Below, in pieces: positions 20,271 to 29,502 of a stretch of 64,000 nt of DNA (its first letter is position 1; each line of letters begins with the position of its first letter). Both the position numbers and the translations under genes were made by a program. Under the pieces are notes generated by a model. It had not been told where the DNA came from. It was given only the letters and a program-made list of their open reading frames with translations, and searched no databases. The stretch comes from Candidatus Omnitrophota bacterium (GTDB taxonomy: Bacteria; Omnitrophota; Omnitrophia; Omnitrophales; Aquincolibacteriaceae), in contig JAYTHE010000032.1 of NCBI GenBank assembly GCA_043732705.1, forward strand, positions 66,005 to 130,004, read 5' to 3'.

Positions 20271-20603
20271 ATCTCGCGCCAATGGCGTAACCTGCGTGCT
20301 GCTGGTCAATCTTAATCATGCTTGATCAGGTGCATCCTACCACGAGCTTGCCTGGTCTGTGTCTTTGATCGAAATAAAATAAGAAGTTGCATTTTCTCCG
20401 GCATTTCGTTACATTTATTAGATGGGAAGCAGGAGCTTGTTGCCCTATTACTTGTTGTTAGCGACCTCGAACACCCCCATGGATGATGTTTCTGCTGAAG
20501 TTTTGCAGAAAATATCCGTAAATTAAAGGGTTGCTTTGGCTCCTTTTAATGAATTTATAAAAATATATGAAGCCGATTTTTACGGCAAAGGATTAGTATA
20601 AAA

Positions 20604-21779
20604 ATGGAACATAGCGGTTACGCAAAACGAAAACTGATTTGGCGCAATATTCTATTTTTTGTGTTCACTACCCTTGTTGCTTTGGTGGGTTGTCCTTTAT
20701 ACCTTCTGCATTATGGGATTTCTCCGTCTATTATTGGGTTGACCGCTTTTTTTATGGTGGCAACTGGCATGTCAATTACGGTGGGGTATCATCGCTTGTT
20801 TGCCCACGCGACCTTCAAAGCGCATCCCGTCGTTCGTTTTCTCCTTCTTTTTTTTGGTGCAGCGGCCTTTCAACAGGCAGCCTTAGAATGGTCTGCACAG
20901 CATCGTGATCATCACCGTTATGTTGATACAGATCGTGATCCTTACGATATTAAAAAGGGATTCTTTTACGCGCATATCGGCTGGCTTATTTTTTGGGAGC
21001 ATGTTGTAGATTTTGATAATGCGCATGACTTGGCCAAAGATCCCATGGTCGCACATCAAAATAAGCACTATTTTGCGTGGTGCATTGTTGCAGGGGTAAT
21101 TACGCCGGTGCTCATCGGCGCTCTTATGGGGCACGCTTTAGGAGCCTTTCTTTTTGCGGTTTGCCTGCGCATTACGCTTGTTTATCATTCCACCTTTTGC
21201 ATTAATTCGGTTTGCCATATGTTCGGCACCGCGACTTACGATCCTGATTCTTCCGCAAAAGATAATTGGCTTAGCGCGCTTGCGACAAACGGTGAAGGAT
21301 ATCATAATTTTCACCACCGCTTTCCGAGCGATTATCGTAATGGTGTGCGTTGGTATCATTTTGATCCGAGCAAGTGGTTGATCAAAGGCTTAGCAACGCT
21401 TGGCTTGACTTGGGACTTGAAGCAGGTTTCTGATTTTAGAATTCTTGCCGCGCGCCTTTACGGAGAAAATGTCCGCGTTACCAAAGCATTGGCGTTGTTG
21501 CAAAAACACGAAGCTGAAAAACTACAGGCTCAGTTGGTGTGGACGCAGCGTTATGAGGCCGTGAGACGCAACTTAACCGAATGGCAAACTCAGTTTGAGT
21601 CTTACCAGGCTTTAGCTCGTGAGCGGATGAGCGAGTCTTCACATGAATTGCGCGTCTCGGCTCGAAAAAACATGAAAGAAGCACGCCGGAAATTTAAAAC
21701 TACGCATATCCAGTGGAAGGAATTGACGCGGAAGCATCCCGTGCATCTTCAGGGTTTGTTGCTTGCGGGAATTGCATAA
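20604..21779 (+). CDS. acyl-CoA/acyl-lipid delta-9 fatty acid desaturase with ~110-aa C-terminal coiled-coil extension
   Basis: Histidine boxes HRLFAH, HRDHHRY, HNFHHRF; four TM segments. Confidence 0.85.
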   Translation: MEHSGYAKRKLIWRNILFFVFTTLVALVGCPLYLLHYGISPSIIGLTAFFMVATGMSITVGYHRLFAHATFKAHPVVRFLLLFFGAAAFQQAALEWSAQHRDHHRYVDTDRDPYDIKKGFFYAHIGWLIFWEHVVDFDNAHDLAKDPMVAHQNKHYFAWCIVAGVITPVLIGALMGHALGAFLFAVCLRITLVYHSTFCINSVCHMFGTATYDPDSSAKDNWLSALATNGEGYHNFHHRFPSDYRNGVRWYHFDPSKWLIKGLATLGLTWDLKQVSDFRILAARLYGENVRVTKALALLQKHEAEKLQAQLVWTQRYEAVRRNLTEWQTQFESYQALARERMSESSHELRVSARKNMKEARRKFKTTHIQWKELTRKHPVHLQGLLLAGIA

Positions 21780-21797
21780 TTTTCGATTTTAATAAAA

Positions 21798-21836
21798 GCC
21801 CCCAATCGGTTTTACCGGTTGGGGGTTTCTTTTTTT
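21798..21836 (+). terminator. rho-independent terminator after the desaturase
   Basis: gcccccaatcgg...ccggttggggg stem then tttcttttttt. Confidence 0.7.
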
Positions 21837-21943
21837 GTTTAAGCCAAGCGCTGAAACCACAACCCCCGTTGCTATTATAATTATTTTGTTTTCTCTATTC
21901 GAAGCGTATAGTTTTTGATAGTTTAAGCGTGTCTGGATTATTT

Positions 21944-22540
21944 ATGCCGAACAAAATCATTATTTATTTAGCTTCACAGTCACCGCGAAGGCGGCATTTA
22001 ATCCGCAAGGCCGGATATGGCTGCCGTGTGATTCCAAGCTCCTATGTCGAAAAGCATGAATCGCGCGCGCTTCCTCGACAGCTTGTTCTGAAACATGCCC
22101 GCGGTAAATTAGCTCAAGCTAAGATTCCGTCCGGTGCGCGCTTTGTTATTGCTGCTGATACCGTTGTTGCGCTGCATGGAAAAGTTTACGGCAAACCATC
22201 GAACTTGAAGCATGCTGAGCGAATGCTTAAAACTTTGTCTGGTCATACGCATGATGTCTATACGGGCTGGGCCATGCGCGATTTATTGTCTGGGCGGAAA
22301 ACAGTCCGCTGCGTGCGTTCACGTGTTAAAATCCGCGAGCTCAGTAAAGAAGCGATACGTCAATATTTTAAGAAAATGAACCCGCTTGATAAAGCCGGTT
22401 CTTACGCAGTGCAGTCGCGTCCGTCGGTGGTGCGCTTTATTGACGGGTCTTATTCCAACGTTATGGGGTTTCCCATGGAAGACTTTGAAGCAAGAATGAA
22501 AATGATTTTAAAAGGCGCCGGGCGTAATGAAAAAAAATAA
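21944..22540 (+). CDS. maf: Maf-like nucleoside triphosphate pyrophosphatase
   Basis: IIYLASQSPRRRHLI ... Maf fold. Confidence 0.8.
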   Translation: MPNKIIIYLASQSPRRRHLIRKAGYGCRVIPSSYVEKHESRALPRQLVLKHARGKLAQAKIPSGARFVIAADTVVALHGKVYGKPSNLKHAERMLKTLSGHTHDVYTGWAMRDLLSGRKTVRCVRSRVKIRELSKEAIRQYFKKMNPLDKAGSYAVQSRPSVVRFIDGSYSNVMGFPMEDFEARMKMILKGAGRNEKK

Positions 22541-23342
22541 CCGCCGCGCACTGCTTTGTTTTACAGCCTTGTTAACCGCACTTGTGACGTCCGCAGCTTA
22601 TGCAGAAGACCAGGAAGACTATAAAATTCTCCGTGAAATAGTAATCAATGAATTTAAGAAAGAAGTCCCAGCCGAACAGGGCAGTGAGTTTGCGGATATT
22701 TTGCGCCGTTTCAAAGCCAAGGAAAAGAAGGTCGCGATCATTTTAGGTGCCTGTTTGGATCAGGGCACGGAAGTAGACGACGAGCTTTTCCGGAAATTTC
22801 AAGAGAAACAAACCCCGGTTTCTCTTTTTGTAGACCAGGGATGGCTCAAAAAAAATTCGGATAAATTAAAAAAAATTACTTTGTCTAAAAACGTCACGCT
22901 TGAAAATCATGGTCTTTTTTGCCGGCCTCTTTCGGTTGCCGGGAAAGGAATGAAGGGACATCCGGGCACGGCGGATGTTGACGAGGCTTTCGAAGAAATT
23001 GAGAAAAACGCGCGGGAAATCGAGCAGTTTTCAGGCCGTTTGCCAAGATTCTTTGCGTCAGGGTTTGATTCTTATGATGATGTGTCCTTGAAAATTGTAT
23101 CCGTGTTGGGTTATACGGCAGTTCAGGGCGATTTAAAATTACGCGCGCGTGATGTTGAGTCGGATAGTTCGCTTAAAGATTTTTTAGGGCAAGTTAATCC
23201 GGGGTCGATTATTTTAATTCCCGCCAATCGTCCGGGCTCCGCGGCTGTTTGGATTCCCAAATTACTTGAAGGCCTCGAGCGCGGTGGGTATCAGGTTGTC
23301 GCGCTGGACGACGCGGTGAATGCCGAAGAAGAAAGCCGTTAG
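22527..23342 (+). CDS. secreted protein, divergent polysaccharide-deacetylase (CE4)-like
   Basis: Signal peptide; weak NodB-like motifs (ENHG..., RFFASGFDSY). Confidence 0.35.
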   Translation: MKKNNRRALLCFTALLTALVTSAAYAEDQEDYKILREIVINEFKKEVPAEQGSEFADILRRFKAKEKKVAIILGACLDQGTEVDDELFRKFQEKQTPVSLFVDQGWLKKNSDKLKKITLSKNVTLENHGLFCRPLSVAGKGMKGHPGTADVDEAFEEIEKNAREIEQFSGRLPRFFASGFDSYDDVSLKIVSVLGYTAVQGDLKLRARDVESDSSLKDFLGQVNPGSIILIPANRPGSAAVWIPKLLEGLERGGYQVVALDDAVNAEEESR

Positions 23343-23347
23343 GTAGA

Positions 23348-24235
23348 ATGTTGAGTCCGACTGCTGATTCTTTCGAAAGTATTTTTTCATTTCTCCCCAA
23401 GCAAAAAGCGCAAGAGCCGCTTATTATTCATTTTCTTAAAAATTTAGGTTTTGCAAGATACGAACTGATTCAAACGCGTGAAGGTAAGTGGGCGCAGATT
23501 CGTGTTTACTTTTCCAGTCAAACCCAGGCAAAACGACTTCGACTTGCGGTTGAAAAGAACCCTATTTCCAAAGTTTGTTTTTCTGAGCGAAAACTGGCCT
23601 ATAAAGAATGGGCGGAAAAATGGAAAGAAGATTATCAGATTCAAACCTTAGGAAAGTCTTTTGTGGTCGTACCCGCATGGCGCAAAAAAGAATTTAAACC
23701 CGATATGTTTCCAAAGCGCATTCCGATTTGGATTGATCCTTTAAGTGCGTTTGGCTCAGGAGAACATGAAACAACACGCTTGGTTGTGCGGCTTATGGAG
23801 ACCGTGAAAGGACGGTTTCAATCTTTTTTGGATGTGGGGACGGGTACAGGTATTCTTTCAATTGCGGCTGCATATTGCGGGGCCAATAAAATCAGCGGCT
23901 TTGATAACGATAAGCCTTCCGTGGAATGCGCGCGATTTAATTTTCAGCAGAATGGATTAAATAAAAATCTGGCGCAATTTACAGGAGCAGAATTGGCACG
24001 TTTTAAAACAAAGACATCATTTGATTTAGTTTGCGCGAATATCAATTCACATATTCTTGAAAATTACCGCAAGCAAATTGTTGCTGCAGCAAAAAAGGGC
24101 GGGTGGGTTTTGGTCTCAGGAATTTTACATCAAACCTATGCTTCATTTCGCGAAGCTTTCGACGGAAAAGATTTGCGTTGTTTGAAGGTCCTGCGCGGCC
24201 GCCGCTGGGTAGCGGTTTTATATCGCAAGCTTTAG
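23348..24235 (+). CDS. prmA: ribosomal protein L11 methyltransferase
   Basis: FGSGEHETTRL and LDVGTGTGILSIAA SAM-binding motif. Confidence 0.8.
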   Translation: MLSPTADSFESIFSFLPKQKAQEPLIIHFLKNLGFARYELIQTREGKWAQIRVYFSSQTQAKRLRLAVEKNPISKVCFSERKLAYKEWAEKWKEDYQIQTLGKSFVVVPAWRKKEFKPDMFPKRIPIWIDPLSAFGSGEHETTRLVVRLMETVKGRFQSFLDVGTGTGILSIAAAYCGANKISGFDNDKPSVECARFNFQQNGLNKNLAQFTGAELARFKTKTSFDLVCANINSHILENYRKQIVAAAKKGGWVLVSGILHQTYASFREAFDGKDLRCLKVLRGRRWVAVLYRKL

Positions 24236-24264
24236 CCGCATTACGAGCTTGCGAAGCAATGCAT

Positions 24265-24972
24265 TTAATAGCGGAGATTCCAGTCGGATTGGGAATAAAC
24301 TTCGGATTTTAATTTTTCAATATCGGGGACCGGACCAAATTTTTTTTCTGCCCCCCATGCTTTTTGAAGCGACGCGATGATGGTTTGCTTTTTAACCGGA
24401 ATATTGGTCAAAAAGTCTTGATGCGCACGTTTGGCACGGTAAGCAGGCTCACGATCGGGATTTCCCAGGTAATCTGAAATTTTAGGAAGATCGAATTGGT
24501 AAAGAAAAGTTCCGTGAAAAAGAAAGAATTTTTTACCGCGGCGCATGGCATTGCCTGAAAACTTTCGGTCGGCCCAAGTTAAGTCGCTGATGCCTTGAAT
24601 TTCAATTTTTTCTTTGAGCTTCCAGGTTTCAGCCGCTTGTAAATTTCTTTCCATGACCAGCTTCGTGTCGGTTTTAATGCCAGAGTTTTCTGCGGCTTTG
24701 AGAATTAAAGAAAAATTGAGACAGCCGGCTCCTTGAAGTACCGTGGCTCCGCCGCTTTTTCTTCTTAATATTCGGACATTGTCCTTTTTGCAGTTCTTGG
24801 TTTTGACTTCATTTTTCCATTTACTGGAATAACCTAGCACGACGAAGTAATCGGGAGATTCCCAGACTCTCAAAACTTCTCCGTTTAAGCCGGACTCAGC
24901 GTTTTCGAGCAAGGTTTCATCCAAGGCAAGATTTGATTCAGGGTCCTGGAAAGAGTGGTTGAGGAACAACAT
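24265..24972 (-). CDS. lipoate-protein ligase / octanoyltransferase family protein (BPL_LplA_LipB domain)
   Basis: LRRKSGGATVLQGAGCLNFSLI... conserved Lys-containing motif. Confidence 0.65.
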   Translation of the reverse strand: MLFLNHSFQDPESNLALDETLLENAESGLNGEVLRVWESPDYFVVLGYSSKWKNEVKTKNCKKDNVRILRRKSGGATVLQGAGCLNFSLILKAAENSGIKTDTKLVMERNLQAAETWKLKEKIEIQGISDLTWADRKFSGNAMRRGKKFFLFHGTFLYQFDLPKISDYLGNPDREPAYRAKRAHQDFLTNIPVKKQTIIASLQKAWGAEKKFGPVPDIEKLKSEVYSQSDWNLRY

Positions 24973-25011
24973 ACAGGCACATTAGCACGCAATTGAAAAG
25001 GGCTCAAGCAA

Positions 25012-25192
25012 ACCTGAATGTCTCATCCGTTTTCTGTTGCGTCGGCACATTTGCCTGCGTCTACGGCGTTATGCTCGCAAAGCTTCCCTCGACGTGCTAC
25101 GAGAGCACGCCTGCGGGTTCTTTGCTCGCAAGCCTTGTATTCTCAGGCAACTCTGCGCGACTCACGACGAAACGGATGAGACATTTAGGTTA
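25012..25192. repeat. 181-bp MITE-like / structured element with 20-bp terminal inverted repeats
   Basis: cctgaatgtctcatccgttt ... aaacggatgagacatttagg (19/20 complementary) enclosing internal direct repeats and a cgtgct-acgag-agcacg hairpin; ORF-poor divergent region upstream of aceE. Confidence 0.45.
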
Positions 25193-25297
25193 GGGGTTTT
25201 ATAAAAGGTCAAAAAAGATTTGATTGGGGGGGGAGATTCATGTAAATTGGTGGCTCATTTTGAGCCCAACTCGGGTATCTCTAACACGTTATCATCT

Positions 25298-28069
25298 ATG
25301 AAATCCAAGAAAAATATGAGCACAGCACAAGACAGCGAAAACGCCCTGACAGACTTACCTGCGGTGGGTAGCCCCACTTCATCTTCATTACCCAAAAATA
25401 TTACCGACGAAAATACGCAAGAATGGCAAAAGTGGCTTGATTCTCTGGAGCATATCCTCGAGGTGGCCCTGAAAGACCAGGCTGGTCCCGACCGTGCGCC
25501 TTTTATTATGGATACCCTGATCAAACGTCTCCGTAAATCCGGGATTCCGTTGCCGGCTCCTGTAAGCACGCCTTATATCAATACTATCCCGGCGACTGAA
25601 GAACCTGATTATCCCGGTGACCGTGAAATCGAACGCCGCATAAAAAGCTTAGTCCGTTGGAATGCCATGGCGATGGTGGTTAAGGCCAATGAAGTTCATC
25701 CGGGTTTGGGCGGACATATTTCAACCTTTGCTTCAAGCGCCACACTTTATGAAGTTGGGTTTAATCATTTCTTTCATGGCGGCGATAAAGAAGGGCGTCC
25801 CGCGGATTTCATTTATTTTCAGGGGCATGCATCGCCCGGTAATTATGCGCGCGCATATCTTGAACGCCGTTTGAACAAAGAACATCTGCATAATTTCCGA
25901 CAAGAACTTGCTCCAGGCGGAGGCCTTTCGTCTTATCCACATCCTTACTTGATGCCGAACTTCTGGCAATTTCCGACTGTGTCCATGGGCTTGGGACCGA
26001 TCATGTCGATTTATCAAGCTCGGTTTATGAATTATTTGAAAGCCCGCGGAATTTTTACCGGCGAAATGCCCAAGGTTTGGTCTTATGTCGGCGACGGCGA
26101 AACAGGCGAGCCCGAAACATTTGGTGCGCTTAATTTTGCGGGTCGCGACAAATTAGATAATTTAATTTGGGTTGTGAACTGTAATCTTCAGCGTTTGGAT
26201 GGTCCCGTTCACGGCAACGGAAAAATTATTCAGGAATTCGAATCAGTTTTCCGCGGCGCGGGCTGGAATGTGATCAAAGTGATTTGGGGTTCGGAGTGGG
26301 ATGAACTCATGAAGAAAGACAGCAAGGGCTTGCTTCTGAAACGTATGAGCGAATGCTGCGACGGAGATTATCAAAAATATTCTGTTGAGCCGGGAAGTTA
26401 TACCCGTAAACATTTCTTCGGCAAATATCCCGAGCTGCTTGCGATGGTGAATCATATGACCGATGCGCAAATTACAAAGTTATTGCGCGGAGGACATGAC
26501 CCTAAGAAAGTTTATGCCGCTTACAAAGCCGCGGTTGAGCATAAAGGCCAGCCGACTGTGATTCTCGCTAAAACTATCAAAGGTTACGGTTTAGGTGAAG
26601 CCGGTGAAGGCCGCAATATTACGCATCAACAGAAGAAGTTGAATGAAAAAGAATTACGCGAATTCCGCCAGCGCTTTGATATTCCTATCGGCGATGAAGA
26701 AATTGTTACGACCCCGTTTTACCGTCCGCCTGTGGATAGTCCGGAAATGAAATATCTTTTTGAGCGCCGTAAAGCTCTCGGCGGCTTTGTTCCTGAGCGT
26801 AAGGTTAAAGCAGCCTTGTTGCAAACTCCGGGATTCGATTATTACGATGAGTTTACAAAAGGTTCGGGTGAAGCCGAAGTTTCGACGACGATGGCTTTCG
26901 TGCGTATTCTGACCAAGCTTTTACGCGAACCCAATATCGGAAAAAATATCGTTCCGATTATTCCGGATGAAGCGCGTACTTTCGGTATGGACGCGCTTTT
27001 TCGCCAGGTTGGAATTTACGCTCCGCAAGGTCAGCTTTATGAACCTGTCGACATCGAGTCTTTGCTTTACTTTAAAGAAGCCAAAGACGGTCAGATTCTT
27101 GAAGAAGGAATTAATGAGGCCGGTTCAATGTGCTCATTTATTTCAGCGGGAACGGCGCATGCTACGGTCGGTACTTATATGATTCCGTTCTACATTTACT
27201 ATTCGATGTTCGGATTCCAGCGTGTGGGTGATTTGATTTGGCTTGCCGGTGATATCCGCGCCAAAGGATTTATGCTTGGCGGAACTTCCGGCCGCACGAC
27301 ATTAAACGGCGAAGGATTACAGCATCAAGACGGACATAGCCAATTGATGGCAAGCACGGTTCCGAGTCTTGTGGCCTATGATCCTGCATTTGCTTATGAG
27401 CTCGCTGTGATTATTGAAGACGGTATTGAGCGCATGTATAAAAAAGGCGAAGAGCTTTTTTACTATTTGAGCGTCTATAACGAAAATCATGTGATGCCCG
27501 CGATGCCTGCAGGAAGCCGTGAGGGTATTCTCAAGGGGCTTTATAAATTCAAGGCCAGCGATAAGAAGCTTAAATTGCGCGCCCAGCTTTTAGGAAGCGG
27601 TCCGATTATTCAATCCGCGCTTAAAGCCCAACAGATGCTTGAAAAGTATGGCGTTGCCGCGGATGTTTGGTCAGTAACCAGCTATAATCAGCTGCGCCGC
27701 GAAGCGCTTGAAGTTCAGCGCGCAAACCGCCTCAATCCAACAGCTAAACCGAATAAGTCTTATGTTGAGCAGTCCTTTGACAAGCAAGAGGGTGTTTTTG
27801 TGGCGGTTTCGGATAACATGAAAATTGTAGCCGAGCAAATCACGCCTTGGGTGCCGGGTAAATTTACGGTACTCGGAACGGATGGGTTTGGACGCAGTGA
27901 TACTCGTGCACAATTGCGCCGTTTTTTTGAAATCGATGCTGAGAGTGTTGTGATTGCGACTTTATATGCTTTGATGGAAAAAGGTGAAGTCGATGCGAAA
28001 GTTGTTAAACAAGCGATGCAAGATTTGAATTATTCTGCCGATAAAACCTATCCTCATATAGTCATATGA
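25298..28069 (+). CDS. aceE: pyruvate dehydrogenase E1 component (homodimeric type)
   Basis: TPP-binding and transketolase-like domains; the N-terminus resembles E. coli AceE once the start is set at MKSKKNM. Confidence 0.85.
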   Translation: MKSKKNMSTAQDSENALTDLPAVGSPTSSSLPKNITDENTQEWQKWLDSLEHILEVALKDQAGPDRAPFIMDTLIKRLRKSGIPLPAPVSTPYINTIPATEEPDYPGDREIERRIKSLVRWNAMAMVVKANEVHPGLGGHISTFASSATLYEVGFNHFFHGGDKEGRPADFIYFQGHASPGNYARAYLERRLNKEHLHNFRQELAPGGGLSSYPHPYLMPNFWQFPTVSMGLGPIMSIYQARFMNYLKARGIFTGEMPKVWSYVGDGETGEPETFGALNFAGRDKLDNLIWVVNCNLQRLDGPVHGNGKIIQEFESVFRGAGWNVIKVIWGSEWDELMKKDSKGLLLKRMSECCDGDYQKYSVEPGSYTRKHFFGKYPELLAMVNHMTDAQITKLLRGGHDPKKVYAAYKAAVEHKGQPTVILAKTIKGYGLGEAGEGRNITHQQKKLNEKELREFRQRFDIPIGDEEIVTTPFYRPPVDSPEMKYLFERRKALGGFVPERKVKAALLQTPGFDYYDEFTKGSGEAEVSTTMAFVRILTKLLREPNIGKNIVPIIPDEARTFGMDALFRQVGIYAPQGQLYEPVDIESLLYFKEAKDGQILEEGINEAGSMCSFISAGTAHATVGTYMIPFYIYYSMFGFQRVGDLIWLAGDIRAKGFMLGGTSGRTTLNGEGLQHQDGHSQLMASTVPSLVAYDPAFAYELAVIIEDGIERMYKKGEELFYYLSVYNENHVMPAMPAGSREGILKGLYKFKASDKKLKLRAQLLGSGPIIQSALKAQQMLEKYGVAADVWSVTSYNQLRREALEVQRANRLNPTAKPNKSYVEQSFDKQEGVFVAVSDNMKIVAEQITPWVPGKFTVLGTDGFGRSDTRAQLRRFFEIDAESVVIATLYALMEKGEVDAKVVKQAMQDLNYSADKTYPHIVI

Positions 28070-28083
28070 GGATAGGTTTTTTT
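28047..28083 (+). terminator. rho-independent terminator overlapping the 3' end of aceE
   Basis: cctatcctcatat-agtc-atatgaggatagg (13-bp perfect stem) followed by T7. Confidence 0.65.
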
Positions 28084-28088
28084 AATTA

Positions 28089-28116
28089 TTAAGCTCTGAG
28101 CCTTTGGCTCAACCGC
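28089..28116 (+). repeat. intergenic motif family copy 6
   Basis: ttaagctctgaGCCtttGGCtcaaccgc between aceE and aceF. Confidence 0.6.
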
Positions 28117-28133
28117 AATACATTAGCTAGGAG

Positions 28134-29501
28134 TTGAAGATGGAAGTTCGTTTACCGCAGCTTGGGGAAGGTGCCGATACAGGTACTGTCGTAAATATTT
28201 TGGTTAAAGTCGGTGATACCGTCAAAAAGAATCAAACTTTAATTGAGCTTGAAAGCGGTAAAGCTGTCGCGCCGATCCCTTCAACCGGCGACGGAACGGT
28301 TCAAACTTTGAATGTTAAACAAGGTGATAAAGTTTCTGTCGGCCAATTAATCGCTACGTTGTCGGGTTCAGGCACGATTTCTTCTGGCTCTGCGCCTGCG
28401 GCGCAACCGCAAACACCGGTTCAGCAGCCAATTCAGCAAAACACCTTTAATGCCGCGCCTTCACAGGTTCTGCCTGCTGCAGGTGCCTATCAATATCAGT
28501 CGCAAAGTGGTTTTCCGCCTGCGGCTGCGCCTTCGGTTCGTGCAATTGCGCGAGATCTTGGGATTGATTTAGGACGAGTCCGCGGAACGGAAAACGGCGG
28601 ACGTATTGGTTTAGCTGATTTGCGTAATTACTTTATGCAGATTCAGGCGATGGCATTCGCTGGATCAGGTTCTGCGGCTGCTAGTACTTCTGCCTCCGCG
28701 ACGCAGTCGCAACCGGCGGCTGCAATTGATTTTTCGCAATGGGGAACCGTAACCAAGAAACCGCTTTCGGGTTTACGCCGTGCAATCGCGAAGCAAATGA
28801 GCAGTTCATGGAATACCATTCCGCATGTCACTCAATTTGATGATGCGGATGTAACCGTAATCAGCCAGCTGCGCAAAAAATATGCGGCTGAATATGAAAA
28901 GAAAGGCGCGAACTTAACTTTGACTGCCATTATTTTGAAAGCAGTTACAGTTGCGCTCAAAAAACATCCTGTATTGAACTCAAGTATCGATCTTGAGAAA
29001 GATGAGCTGATTTTAAAAGAGTATATTCATCTGGGTGTTGCGGTGGATACAGACCAAGGGTTAATTGTGCCTGTGATTCGCAATGCTGATAAAAAATCAA
29101 TTTTTGAATTAGCTCAGGAACTCGGACAGCTTGCTGAAAAGACACGCGCCCGCAAAATTTCCGGTGAAGAACTTAAAGGCGGAACTTTTACGATTTCGAA
29201 TTTGGGCGGAATTGGCGGCGGACATTTTACGCCGATTGTGAATAAGCCTGAAGTCGCGATTCTTGGAATCGGCCGCGGAGTTCCCAAGACAGTCGTACGG
29301 GACGGAAAAATTGAAATTCGCACACTGATGCCTGTTTGCGTATCATATGATCACCGTGTGGTTGATGGGGCTGATGGAGCAAGATTTACACGCGCATTTG
29401 TCGAAGCATTGGAAAAAATTACTGATGCTGACATCAAATTAAGCTCTACAACAAAGGCTCAACCGGCTGCTAAAAAACCGGTCAAGAAGGGGAAGAAATA
29501 A
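28134..29501 (+). CDS. aceF: dihydrolipoamide acetyltransferase E2
   Basis: Single lipoyl domain (ELESGKAVA), Ala/Pro linker, E3-binding domain, catalytic DHRVVDGA. Confidence 0.85.
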   Translation: MKMEVRLPQLGEGADTGTVVNILVKVGDTVKKNQTLIELESGKAVAPIPSTGDGTVQTLNVKQGDKVSVGQLIATLSGSGTISSGSAPAAQPQTPVQQPIQQNTFNAAPSQVLPAAGAYQYQSQSGFPPAAAPSVRAIARDLGIDLGRVRGTENGGRIGLADLRNYFMQIQAMAFAGSGSAAASTSASATQSQPAAAIDFSQWGTVTKKPLSGLRRAIAKQMSSSWNTIPHVTQFDDADVTVISQLRKKYAAEYEKKGANLTLTAIILKAVTVALKKHPVLNSSIDLEKDELILKEYIHLGVAVDTDQGLIVPVIRNADKKSIFELAQELGQLAEKTRARKISGEELKGGTFTISNLGGIGGGHFTPIVNKPEVAILGIGRGVPKTVVRDGKIEIRTLMPVCVSYDHRVVDGADGARFTRAFVEALEKITDADIKLSSTTKAQPAAKKPVKKGKK

Positions 29502-29502
29502 A

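Noticed and set aside
24993-25193. Track ORF (66 aa) inside the aceE upstream region
   Set aside because: It coincides with the inverted-repeat element. It has a Cys/low-complexity sequence, no RBS and no family resemblance.
25220-25297. Longer aceE start (MIGGGDSCK...) proposed by the ORF track
   Set aside because: The alignment to the known AceE N-terminus begins ~30 residues later. The extension runs through a G8 tract and has no RBS. Start placed at 25298 (25316 also possible).
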